Source of the DNA: Styela clava
Lineage: Eukaryota
NCBI RefSeq assembly: GCF_964204865.1
Contig: NC_135254.1
Coordinates: 15,748,001 to 15,812,000, forward strand
DNA length: 64,000 nucleotides
Reading direction: 5' to 3'
Below, one piece after another: positions 37,964 through 49,200 of the stretch. The notes beneath the pieces were generated by a model. It was given only the letters and a program-made list of their open reading frames with translations. It was not told where the DNA came from and did not search any database. The translations under genes and the position numbers were made by a program. Each line of letters starts with the position of its first letter. Position 1 is the first letter of the stretch.

Positions 37964-40335
37964 AAGATTAACTTATCGTATTCTCGGCGGGACGCACGTA
38001 ATTTATACCTACGATTACTGTAGGTAAACCGTAAATATATACTAATATCTCTTTTTATAAAGCTTGAAATATCATGGAAGAATTATATATGACGTTTGTC
38101 TTGTTCATCATTTGAGAATTAAAGTTAGATCTCGCTCTCTAAGAGCCAGTTTCTGTAGAACCAACGACTAACATACCGGGTTGAACCAAGGACTGATCCA
38201 AATTTTAGGGTGCATAATATGGTACCTAGAAAACAAAAAAATATATTTCCAGACGAAAACTCGCGATAAACGTAGTTTGTTCGTCAAACCAGAAAACAAT
38301 ACAAATGCTTATACAGTACATGAAAAAGATTTGAATTTTGGGTAAATGACTGGATGCTTACGATTGATCGGTAAGTTGATAAGAGTCAATCACCACCAAA
38401 TAGGTTCATGAATGCATTCGTGACCAAACGCTAGCGCTTTCAACATAAAATAAAGATGAGAAATTCATGTTTGACTTTATATTTATATACCGTTCCGACG
38501 TAGCATAAAACAATATTAGAGCGTGGCATGAACATAAAAATATATACAAATTTAAGTATTCCTAGCAAAAACGTAATCGTAGTTTTTAGTTACTACATTT
38601 GCGACCAATTTTTTTTAATGATAAAGTATTGATCGAGCTGAGCATCAATACTCATAGTACAATTTTAGAAGAATATCATCATGCTGATTGTATCTCACTG
38701 GAGCGCACGCTTATCTCCAAAATTAGTACGAATATTGCGATTTAAATTCAAAATGCGTTAAGAGCTCTCAAGCAATCAGGTTAGTCTAAGTCGACGGGGG
38801 AAGGATGTCTACATCAATGTCTACATGAATGTCTACATCAATGTCTGTCTGTCTACATCAATGTCTACATCTTAGTCTACATCAATGACCTTCCTACTAC
38901 CAGTGCGTTCGATACCACACTATTCGCTGATGATACAGCTCTGCTTGACTCTGCCACAAATATTGTAGATCTCCAACATGCAATGAATTTGAAAATAACG
39001 CAAATTGACCATTGGTTGAAACTAAATAAATTGTCGCTTAACTATTCGAAAACAAAATTCATGGTTTTTGGGTCTGGAAAAAATATAAGGTTTGATAACT
39101 TTAAATTAGAAGTTGGCACAATTAGCTTAGAAAGAACAAGTACTATAAAATATTTGGGAATAGTTTTGGAAAAATCACATAGATTACTTTTCAAAAAAAC
39201 TTTCTCAATCACTTGGAATGCTTTATAAATTAAGGAGATTTGTAAATCTTGAAACCCTTAAAATAGTTTATAATAGCCTGGCCTTTTCACATCTTCGATA
39301 TGGTATATTATGTTGGGGTAACGCGACAAAAACTGCTTTAAGACCCCTTGCCGTTTTACAAAATAAGATGATTAGATGTATGATGTACCGAGAGTCATCT
39401 AGACAAATACGTATAAATAATGCAAAACTGTATCATCATTGTGGATTTCTTCAATTGAAAGAACTCTACATAAGTGAAGTGGGAAAATTTATGTATCGTT
39501 ATGAAAATGTGCTGCTGCCAGAGTATTTTCAAAACTTTTTTGTCAAAATTTCAAATATCCATCCGTATGAGACCAGGAGTACATCAAATAAATTGTATTT
39601 CACCCCGCGATATAAATCTTCAGGCATGAAGAAATCGCTCAAGCTGGAAGGTATTAATGTATGGCAAAGTATTCCACAGAGTATGAAACAGTGTTCCCCA
39701 CAATTATTTGATCGCAAACTAAAACAACATTTATTAGCGGATTATAATGTGATGCAGTGACGTTCAAATCTCAGTGTATGCTATCAGATTCATAAAATGG
39801 ATAGGAAATCATCATTTTATAGATGTATGTCTCTGTGAAAATTATTGAAGATACTATTATATATAGTCTGAAGTGTTCATATGTACTATATAGCTTTGGA
39901 AATATGGTATTTTAAATTTTTCACCCATTCATAGAAACTGCCTTATTCTCACTATTTGATTTTTGTCGAACATAAAGTAAAATTAAATTTGAGGAAATTA
40001 TAATTAGGCTTACGCCCTTTTTAATTTTTCACTTCTTTTCGCATTTTATTTACTATTAAAAAAAGTATAACCTGCATAATCATGCGATGTTCTTTTTTCT
40101 TGTAATTTTCAATCTTTGATTGATACCACCCTATTTGCAAACTAAAACAGCATTTCAGCGGATCATAATATGATGCAATATCATGCAAATCTCAGTGTAT
40201 GCCTTCAGATTTTTAAAATGGATAGGAATTCACAATCTTATATATGGATTTTTCATATGTCTTTGTGAAAATTATTGAAGATGCTATTATATATAGCCCG
40301 AAGTCATAATTATATGTACTATATAGCTTGGGAAG

Positions 40336-40637
40336 TGTTATGACAGTTTATTTATTATAACCAAAATTATGGCTTTAAGAAACTAAAAACGCATCTTAAC
40401 CTAAACACAAGAACATGCAACATAATTACATTGAGTCACTAAGTATAGCCAAACTTAATCGGACTACCGTCTAATACTCGTAACGGCACGTAACTAATGC
40501 AGTAAGGCAAACGCAGTCCGTTGTCGCTTGACGATAATCAGTGATCACAACACAAAGAACGATAATGTAATAATGACGGAATATAAACAAAGTGTAGCAC
40601 ACTACAACAGGAATAACTGAACTTAATTCTCATAACA
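40336..40637 (-). repeat. Gypsy 3' LTR
   Basis: Direct repeat of 44296-44597, preceded in the sense direction by the polypurine tract. Confidence 0.97.
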
Positions 40638-40647
40638 TTCTCCCCGT

Positions 40648-43600
40648 CTATATTTCAAAACCATAGCGTTCTGGTGGAACACCAATGTTAGTTCGAGTTG
40701 AACGACGTGTGGCAATCCTTTCATTATTAGCATTGTCAGAGCTAATTGGAATTTCAATTTTGAACTCTTCATTTCGGTCAACGTTGCATCCATCATTTAG
40801 TGGCGACGCATTAGTACTTGTTTCACTATCTTCAGGAGAAAAGTCTTGAGACTCTCTATCGTGACTTGAAGATCGTTGGGAGACTGGACAAGGGGACAAG
40901 TCTCTTAACGATACCGTACTCTCCCGCCCATCAGAAAAACGAACTCGAGCATATGCGGGATTCACATTTTTTAGTTCCACTTGTTCAACCAAATCGTCAT
41001 TTTTGTGCGAACGAACGAATTTCCGCAGAAAAGCATGTTTTGATTCGCACAACCAGGTAGGCAATGAATGACCACTGGGAGAGCGGTGTTGGAAGTTGAA
41101 AAATAGTTCATGTGGAGTTGCATTGACTGCTGTGCAAAGCAAAGATCGGAGCGATTGAAGAGCTTTCGGTAACACATATTCCCAATGTGTGATAGGCAGA
41201 TTATATGTACGCAAGCATAAACGCACGGCTTTCCATATGATTCCATTGAATCGTTCAACTTGGGAGTTTCCAATTGGGTGATAAGGCGAGGATTGACTGG
41301 TGGCTACACCACGTTTCAGCAGAAAATCCCTTAGTTCCGCAGACATAAAAGATTTTCCTCTATCAGAGTGTATATAACCAGGTAGTCCGCACAGAGCAAA
41401 TAATTTTTCAAGGCAGCTTATTACTGAAGCGGAAGAAAGATTGGTGCATGGAAATACAAATGGAAATCTAGAATATTCATCGACAATGGTTAGCATGTAT
41501 ACGTTCTTTGTCCGCGATGGCAAAGGTCCCTTGAAGTCCATACTCAGTCTTTCAAATGGCCGTGTGGCCTTGATTAATGTGCCATACGGTGGGGAATAAA
41601 ATTTCGGTTTAAGTTCCGCACATACGCGGCATAATTTACAAGTTCTTTTAACGTCATCAGTCGAGAAAGGCAAATTTTTCGATTTGACGAAATGTAGAAG
41701 TCTTGTGACGCCCGGGTGACATAAGCCTTCGTGTATTTCTTGCAATGACGTGGGAAAAACTGATGCGCATGTAGAACGTGTTAAAGCATCAGGTGCGGCA
41801 TTTTGTTTTCCAGGTCGATATCTAACGTCGTAACTGAAAGAGGCTAGTTCCAGCCTCCAGGACTGAATTTTATTATTCTTTATTTTGGATCGACGACGGT
41901 TATCTAGCATGAAAGAAACCGATCGCTGGTCGGTCACGATAGTGAATGGACGTCTTGCCAGAAAATGGGCCCACTTTCGCACAGCTTCAATGATTGCCGT
42001 TGCCTCCTTTTCTACAGCGGGATAAAACCTCTCGCTCTTCTGTAGAACACGCGACCAAAATGCCACTGGTCGCCCTCCTTGATTCAGTGTAGCTGAAATT
42101 GCAATCTCCGATGCGTCGCATTCTACAACAAATGGAACATGCTCATCAATTGAGCTCAAAGTGGCATTTCCGATTTCTCTTTTTAGTGATTCGAAGTCTT
42201 GTACTGTAGCGCAATCTAAAGGAAATGTTTTCGCTTGGCGGAGTCGTCGCATTTTGTCTGAAAAGTTTACAATCCATTTCGAATAATACGCAAAAAGTCC
42301 AATTATTCTTTGCAGAGCGCGACTATTTGTTGGAGGTAGGAGTTCTCTTAATGGAGCTAGGCGTTCGGGATCTGGAGCTACTGAATTATTACCCACTGTA
42401 TATCCCAAAATGTTAATTTTTCGTACACTTGATACTGTTTTTGCATCATTTAATGTTAAATTGTTTTTCTTAACAGTATCGAGAAATTTCTTCACGTTAT
42501 AGTCATGCTCCTCTTTTGTATGTCCAGCTATAGTTACATTGTCGAGGTATGGAAATGTATCTTTCAGATTGCCTTTTTCCACAATTTCACCCATTAGCCG
42601 CTGAAAAGCTGGTACTCCATTGGTCACTCCAAATGGAATACGATTGAATTCCCAGAGTTTACCATTGCCTTCAAACGCAGTGAAAATTTTATCTTGCTGG
42701 CATATTGGAATCTGATGATACGCGGATTTCAGATCGTAGGTGGAAAACCAGGAATATCCAGCAAGTTCGTTAACCATATCATCAATTCGCGGCAATGGAT
42801 AGGCGTCTAGCTCTGTATAAATGTTTATCGTTTGTGAATAGTCTATGCACAATCGTCGTTTTGAGGTCAATGGGTCCTTCACAACTAAAGGCTGTGCTCT
42901 CCACGGCGAAGAACTTGGCCTGATAATTCCTTCGTTGTACATTCTCGAAACTTCTTTAGCGATGAATTCTTTGTCTAACGCGCCAAAACGGCGAGATTTG
43001 ACAGCTATCGGATGACAATTTTTCATGAGATTAGAAAATAACGAAGCCGGGGTGTAGTTTGCAGCAGCTAAACCACATACTTTTGATTCATATTGAACTA
43101 GAAGTTCAGGACGAGAGCCGTTAAAAGGGAAAATGACTCTTTCATGTTGTCTTTGAAAGTCCTGACCGAGCAATAAATCACAACAAAGACCTCGAAATAC
43201 TTTAAGAGGCACTTTGGTATATGAACGAGTACCAATTATCATATCAGTTAAACAGGATCCAATAGTCGTTCCTTGCAGATGCTGGACAGCCATCACTACA
43301 TTTTCCCGTGAAGGCAAAATTTTCAAACGTAGCATTCTCGCAGTCTTTTCGTTTATAAAAGAGAGAGAGCTTCCGGTATCTATCAACGCAGTTGTATTGC
43401 GACCAGCTATGACAACTGGAAGTGTTGCCGGCAGTAAACACCGTGGTGCTGATTGCAAATCGTGGACTGATGGATTTACTGACGCCGTTATAGATGAAGA
43501 GTCTTCAGATTTATTCATCTTTGATCGGCAAACTTTGGCAAAGTGGCCTTTTTTATCGCATTTGTAGCAATTGGCATTGCGTGCGGGACAATTTTGACGA

Positions 43601-44271
43601 TTGTGGTAATTATATCCACAGAATATACATTTTCGCCCTGTTATACGGCCAGTTACTATACCTTCATTGTCGAAAGAGGTTTCGGAAGTGGCCAATGCCG
43701 AAGGTTGCAATTCGTCGATTCGAGATGCTTCATATGCTGACGAATTACGTTGCGCCAGATCAAGTGATGAAGCTTGTGAAAACGCTAATTCAAGAGTCAA
43801 GTCCTTGTTTTCCAAAAGACGTTGTCGGATGTTATTTGACAAAATACCATTGATAAAAGAATCACGTATAAGTTCGTCGCGGTACTGCGCGGCAGAAACA
43901 TCTTTAAAATTACAATCTTTACTTAGATTACGCAGAGTTTGTAAAAATTCGTCGATGGATTGACCAGTTTGTTGCTTTGCCGTAACTAGCAGATGTCGTG
44001 CAAATATTTCATTCGGCGTCTTGACATATAAGTTATGTAGCACTTCCATAGCTTTACTATAAGCGTCCACATCTTCAATATATTCATAAACATTGTGAGA
44101 TACTGAGTTGATTAGCCTCTTGAGTTTATTCACAGACTGGCCCTCTTGTACACTCATCTCTAATTCTTCAATGTAGTTCTCAAATGTTTTTCGCCAGTGC
44201 TTCCATTCCTTTGCCGCGCTTGGAGAATTCAGATTTAGGTCAAGTCTCACTGGTTTCATCGATGCATCCAT
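40648..44271 (-). CDS. Gypsy gag-pol polyprotein (1207 aa)
   Basis: Two CCHC knuckles (CIFCGYNYHNRQNC, CYKCDKKGHFAKVC); protease LIDTGS; RT LCIDYS/DLKSAYHQ/PFG/YLDN; RNase H CDAS/EKEA/TDQ; integrase HHCC and D-D-E (MDFKG, HSDRG, VERFN). Domain order PR-RT-RH-IN; no chromodomain. Confidence 0.97.
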   Translation of the reverse strand: MDASMKPVRLDLNLNSPSAAKEWKHWRKTFENYIEELEMSVQEGQSVNKLKRLINSVSHNVYEYIEDVDAYSKAMEVLHNLYVKTPNEIFARHLLVTAKQQTGQSIDEFLQTLRNLSKDCNFKDVSAAQYRDELIRDSFINGILSNNIRQRLLENKDLTLELAFSQASSLDLAQRNSSAYEASRIDELQPSALATSETSFDNEGIVTGRITGRKCIFCGYNYHNRQNCPARNANCYKCDKKGHFAKVCRSKMNKSEDSSSITASVNPSVHDLQSAPRCLLPATLPVVIAGRNTTALIDTGSSLSFINEKTARMLRLKILPSRENVVMAVQHLQGTTIGSCLTDMIIGTRSYTKVPLKVFRGLCCDLLLGQDFQRQHERVIFPFNGSRPELLVQYESKVCGLAAANYTPASLFSNLMKNCHPIAVKSRRFGALDKEFIAKEVSRMYNEGIIRPSSSPWRAQPLVVKDPLTSKRRLCIDYSQTINIYTELDAYPLPRIDDMVNELAGYSWFSTYDLKSAYHQIPICQQDKIFTAFEGNGKLWEFNRIPFGVTNGVPAFQRLMGEIVEKGNLKDTFPYLDNVTIAGHTKEEHDYNVKKFLDTVKKNNLTLNDAKTVSSVRKINILGYTVGNNSVAPDPERLAPLRELLPPTNSRALQRIIGLFAYYSKWIVNFSDKMRRLRQAKTFPLDCATVQDFESLKREIGNATLSSIDEHVPFVVECDASEIAISATLNQGGRPVAFWSRVLQKSERFYPAVEKEATAIIEAVRKWAHFLARRPFTIVTDQRSVSFMLDNRRRSKIKNNKIQSWRLELASFSYDVRYRPGKQNAAPDALTRSTCASVFPTSLQEIHEGLCHPGVTRLLHFVKSKNLPFSTDDVKRTCKLCRVCAELKPKFYSPPYGTLIKATRPFERLSMDFKGPLPSRTKNVYMLTIVDEYSRFPFVFPCTNLSSASVISCLEKLFALCGLPGYIHSDRGKSFMSAELRDFLLKRGVATSQSSPYHPIGNSQVERFNGIIWKAVRLCLRTYNLPITHWEYVLPKALQSLRSLLCTAVNATPHELFFNFQHRSPSGHSLPTWLCESKHAFLRKFVRSHKNDDLVEQVELKNVNPAYARVRFSDGRESTVSLRDLSPCPVSQRSSSHDRESQDFSPEDSETSTNASPLNDGCNVDRNEEFKIEIPISSDNANNERIATRRSTRTNIGVPPERYGFEI

Positions 44272-44295
44272 ATTTAAGATTTTAGTTTCTTAAAT

Positions 44296-44597
44296 TGTTA
44301 TGACAGTTTATTTATTATAACCAAAATTATGGCTTTAAGAAACTAAAAACGCATCTTAACCTAAACACAAGAACATGCAACATAATTACATTGAGTCACT
44401 AAGTATAGCCAAACTTAATCGGACTACCGTCTAATACTCGTAACGGCACGTAACTAATGCAGTAAGGCAAACGCAGTCCGTTGTCGCTTGACGATAATCA
44501 GTGATCACAACACAAAGAACGATAATGTAATAATGACGGAATATAAACAAAGTGTAGCACACTACAACAGGAATAACTGAACTTAATTCTCATAACA
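44296..44597 (-). repeat. Gypsy 5' LTR
   Basis: Direct repeat of 40336-40637; AATAAA close to the sense 3' end. Confidence 0.97.
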
Positions 44598-45246
44598 GGA
44601 AGTATGGTATTTTTAATTTTTCACCTATTCATAGAAATTGCCTCATTCTCACGATTTGATTCGTGTCTAACATAAAGTATAATTAATTGTAATTAGCCCG
44701 ACGCCCTTCTTATTCTTTCTCGCATTTTCAATTACTATTAAAAACATGATCTGCGTAATCATGTGATGTTCTTGTTCCTTGTAATTTTTATTCCTATTCC
44801 AATACTTTCGGGGAATTGATTTATGGGGCCTCCTAACCGGGCTTAAAACTCAAAAATTTATATTTGTTCTATTGTAATTATGATGCCTGCCTTAGAGTGT
44901 CCTGTCTTGGTAGAATCTTACCTTAGGGGTCGGTCGACCTTGTTGACCTTGGAAGTCTTGCCCGTCCCCTTCCGTATACATTTTTTTGCTTATTGTTATT
45001 TGCTCATGCTTATTGTATTATGTACTTGTATCGGAAATAAATCATTATCTATCTATCTATGAGACGGCTTGATCATATGGCGAACCATGGCCTCTCGCCC
45101 GGTTACCAGTCCATGTCGGGTAATGTAATAATACTTTCTGGAGCAGAGTGGGGTCCGTATCTTTCGTTGATCTTATAGCAGTGAAGACTTTACCGAACCT
45201 GCAGAAATTGCAATTGTTACGTTTTGTTGACTTGGTTGAATTTGTG

Positions 45247-45454
45247 ATTGGCTCATTGCTGATCGGTTGCGATTACAGCAATGAACAAGGAAATCGATAC
45301 TCAGGGAAACAACGTCCAGACTCCATTGACGAAACGAGAAAGTCGAAGATCGTAGGATGGGGATATGGAGCAGTAGCGCCAAATTATGAATTTCTGCTGA
45401 TTGTATTGAATCTGTGAATATACATGAGCAACAAAATTGAAATATTTATTTGAA
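45247..45454 (+). promoter_or_regulatory. Candidate cell-cycle promoter of separase (CCAAT, E2F and CHR-like motifs)
   Basis: ATTGG at 45247, GCGCCAAA (reverse complement TTTGGCGC) at 45376-45383 and TTTGAA at 45449-45454, in a CpG-containing stretch about 0.9 kb upstream of the ATG. Confidence 0.35.
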
Positions 45455-45548
45455 TAAACCGAAACTATCAATTTCATAAATCCAATTTGGCAATGGATTT
45501 AAATTTGGCAAAAAAAAATATACATGAGTTATGTAAATAATACTGTAA

Positions 45549-45619
45549 TACCGGTACCGAAAAGCGTACCGGTACCGTGCGGTGCTGTAATATACCGTAC
45601 CGATACCGGTACCGTACTG
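45549..45619. repeat. (TACCGG/TACCG)n low-complexity palindromic microrepeat
   Basis: TACCGGTACCG occurs three times, plus TACCGTACCG. Confidence 0.7.
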
Positions 45620-45980
45620 AATTTTAGTGAGAATAATTTTGCCGTAATGTATGATATGTTTTTTCCGTTGTATTGAAAAATGAATATAACACTTACAATT
45701 AAATAGACCTTACCGTACTAATTATATATTTGTCTGCTTGCTGGCTCGAAAATAATGCTATCATATTACAGTATTACGCCTGTCTGTGTACTGCAATTTC
45801 TGAAGATGTAGGCTATCACTTTTAGAATATATTGCAGTGCAGTAAAGGCTCGTGATTCTAATCCAAGTATTAGTACGGTATCTAGTAGTGTACCGGTATT
45901 AATGAGAATCAGGGAAAAGCAGCATGTTTTTTGCTGACGCCAGTGCTGATATTTCTTGTTTCTCTGGTTTATGCTTTATT

Positions 45981-46163
45981 GGCGCGGCGGTGTGACTCAA
46001 CGGGCTAAGCATTAGGAATACACTCGCCACCGCACCTCTAATTACTCTGCGTGGGTTCGAATCCCTTGCAGAGGTGGTTATGTGCGAAAGGATTGCTGGA
46101 CTCCTCGCCGTTGTTGGGTGGTTCACGTAACCGCTGGTCGGTTACGGCTTCCTCCACCACCGA
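45981..46163 (+). mobile_element. tRNA(Ser/Leu-like)-derived SINE (family A)
   Basis: A-box-like TGACTCAACGGGCTAAG, B-box GGTTCGAATCC, and a SINE-type body ending GGCTTCCTCCACCA; no clean cloverleaf. Confidence 0.7.
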
Positions 46164-46296
46164 GTAATTATGGTAGAAAATGTTATTTAACATTAACAGC
46201 ATAATCGCCCCAGCATTCTACAGTACTACAGTACTACTGATTTTTTAATTTACATATATTTTCTGCTCTATTACTTCACAGCTAATTTAATAAGAA

Positions 46297-49200
46297 ATGG
46301 GAGAAATTGGCGATGTCTTGAGGGCACAGCAAAGTATTTTATCGAAAAAAGCACAAGCATATTCTAAAGTATTTCAAAACAAAGGAACTTCTGAGGAAAA
46401 GAGAATTAAAGTTATTCATGCGATTCTATATGATGTTATCGCTGAAAACAAAAATCGTTCTGGCACTAATATTTCTGAAATAGTTTTAACCTGTGTACGA
46501 TATCTTATTCAAAACTGGAAGATTATCGAAGATACAAAAGCAATACAGCTTGATGTTTTAATTAATGGAGCATTTAAGCGGGCTTTGGAGATAAAAGAAG
46601 ATAATGAATATATAAAACAACTTGTTGATTGCCTTCAGGATCTCATTCCATTACCTGGTGGATGCTCAAAAAAAGTATCTGATTGGATCGCTTATAAGTT
46701 GAAAAATTTTTACAAAAATGACATCAAATGCAGATGCCAAAAGGATTGTGAAGTGGTGAAATGTTTTGAAATGGAATTGCTTTCTTTGTGCATAAGCAGC
46801 AGCTCTGGATCAACTTCTGAATTTGAATTGATAAGTAATGTTATGATTACATCAGAAAAACATTTGAGTCGATCTAACTTCTCAGACAGTCATGTGAAAT
46901 GTGTCGCAAATACAAGTATGAATTTTCTTCTCAATTCTAAAATAAGTGAAAATAATAAGTCGAGTTCACAGTTTCAAACACTTTTGAAAATGATCGAAAA
47001 TATCATTCTTCTTAATAATGGTAAAAATGAGCAGTCTGAACGAAGAATCAGTGAACATATGGAAAATATTGAAACTTCCGTATCAACTCTACAAAGTTTA
47101 AACAAAAAGTCTGAACAATCTGATACAAATGGACATACAAAAGTGTACCTGACTATTTTTAAATGTTATTTAACAATGGTAACAAATATCGAAGGAAAAA
47201 TAAACGGTTCTTTGAAAAATATTGTGAAATGTATCAACATGTTTTCTAATTTAACAAATGGCACAAAGAGTCTTGAAGTTTTGAACAAAGTTGTGAATTT
47301 TTATTACTTTGCTTTTAAAATTACAACAACTGATTGTATGAAAATGATTTTAGAAGACCTCAACGTTCTTTTGGAAAGGAATGTGGAAATATTATCTTTA
47401 AAGGATAATATATTAGATTCAGTTCTATATTTTCTAGAAATTGTGACGAGAATATGTGCTGCTGGGATCAATTATAAAGGAACAGATAATTTTGATTCTT
47501 CCGTTGAAACCGTTGCTCAAAATTTGTTCAATTGTATTTTTGAGTATGAATTTGAAGATAGCGGTAAAACAAGTGCTTTGTTCACCAATGTTGCCATTGT
47601 TCTTGTAAAAGTAAAAAGAAAACTGTTAAAGAATTTATCGGCAATGAAAATTGTAGAAAAATCGCTCGTGAAAGTTCAATATTCTGTCGCAAAACCATTG
47701 ATAAGTCATTGGGTGAAAGCTAAACTAAGGGAAAGCAATTGCTTAGATGGAAAAAAGCTGGAGCAATTCAAAAAACGAACTATATTGCATGAAATCAAAA
47801 ATTCAATCTCAAAACAATCTATGGAAGAAATTCTTCTGGCAGAACTTGAAATATACCGTTCAATAAATAACACAGAAATGGAGCAATTATCTGTTATCAA
47901 CACGATTTCGAATCAATGTCATCTGCAAATGAGGAGAAAAGCATTATTATCGTGCAACAAAATAGAATTGGAATATGAGCTGGGGGAATGTAGTGAACAC
48001 AATTTTAAAACAATTTATCCTTTATGCAAGCCAGATTCTGAAACATGGGAATGTTATGTTCAAGTCAAATTAATTGAATTTATGGAAATGTGGAGTAAAG
48101 CAGTGCAAAACAGTTCGGACAAATCTTTATATATCAATACACAAATATTAAATGAAATTGTATTGTTGTGTGAAAAGGCAGCTGAAGAAAAATATCCATT
48201 TTCAATGCATGAGAAGACTTTCAAAGCTATACATAAAGTTTCAGCTTTGTTGCAACTATTTCAAAAACCTATCATGAATGTACGATTGATGACAGCATGT
48301 CACGTATTTCTGTCTGATTGCGATGAAACAGAAGAAACTATCGTTACGTTGTGGAATAATTGTTCTGTGCTTTGTGAGCTTGGTTTCGGTTATCTAGCAC
48401 TTCGGCAAGTAAAGCTAGCGGAAAAATATTCAAAATTGGCTTCGGTTGCGTTTAACAAATACATTGATTATATTGATGGATGTAATGATTCTGAAACAGG
48501 TTCAAAGGCGCGTAACACGCTGTTTACAAAATTTAAAATTTTGCTCGCCGAAATCAACTGTGCTCTCGGTAATGATGTAGAAGCACAAGAAGTTATAGAC
48601 GGTTGTATGAAGGAAGATTTTTTAAGCTTGGAAGTTATTCAAAGATCAATTACTGCTTTATTTTGTTCCGTCCAAGCTATGAGTTCAAATTGCAATATTT
48701 TAGGACCTGATTCAACTGAAATGCGAATTTCTAAACTGCTGGCAACATCTAGGAGGATCGCTTCTCTAAAAGTGTCCATACTTCCAAATTTACATACTGT
48801 TCAGAGCAAAAGTGGATCGGAAGAAGGAATAATATTTGATATAAAACCAAATGAGGGTTATTATGATCCATTTATACAATTAAGCGCAATGAATTATTTT
48901 TTTGAAAATTTATATAAAGTTTCAGAAGCATATTTAATCATGGGTGATCCTAAAATGGCAAATGGGTATTGCCAAATTGGATTGGTGCATTCGAAATATC
49001 TCTGTCTCAAGAATTGGTATGCTTCATTTTGTGTAGTCAAATTACAAATTGCGTCTTTATCTCAGGATGAGGAAAATTTTCCTCAGCTTTGTAAATATTT
49101 TTGTCAAGTAAATGAATGCGAATGCATGTCTGATAAAAGTGTACTCGATGATAGCGTTCTCCAATGTGAAAACGATGATTATGATGACATTGGTAAGGAC

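Larger units (their letters stand above)
40336..44597 (-). mobile_element. Full-length Ty3/Gypsy LTR retrotransposon (4262 bp, Mag-like, single gag-pol ORF)
   Basis: 302-bp LTRs at 40336-40637 and 44296-44597, identical by eye, with TGTTATGA...TCATAACA ends. 5-bp TSD GGAAG (40331-40335 and 44598-44602). PPT GACGGGGAGAA lies next to the 3' LTR. Confidence 0.97.
38872..45060 (+). mobile_element. 5'-truncated CR1/L2-group LINE (RT C-terminal half plus ~1 kb 3' UTR), interrupted by a Gypsy element
   Basis: LVYINDLP...LFADDT...WLKLNKLSLNYSKTKFMVF...KYLGIVL, then a frameshifting microdeletion, then WKNHIDYFSKKLSQSLGMLYKLR...YGILCWGNA to the stop at 39760. The UTR resumes after 44597 and ends AATAAA..(TATC)n at about 45060. 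Confidence 0.9.

Noticed and set aside
45981-46075. Possible tRNA gene
   Set aside because: It has A- and B-box-like motifs but no consistent acceptor or anticodon stems, and it continues into a SINE-type body.
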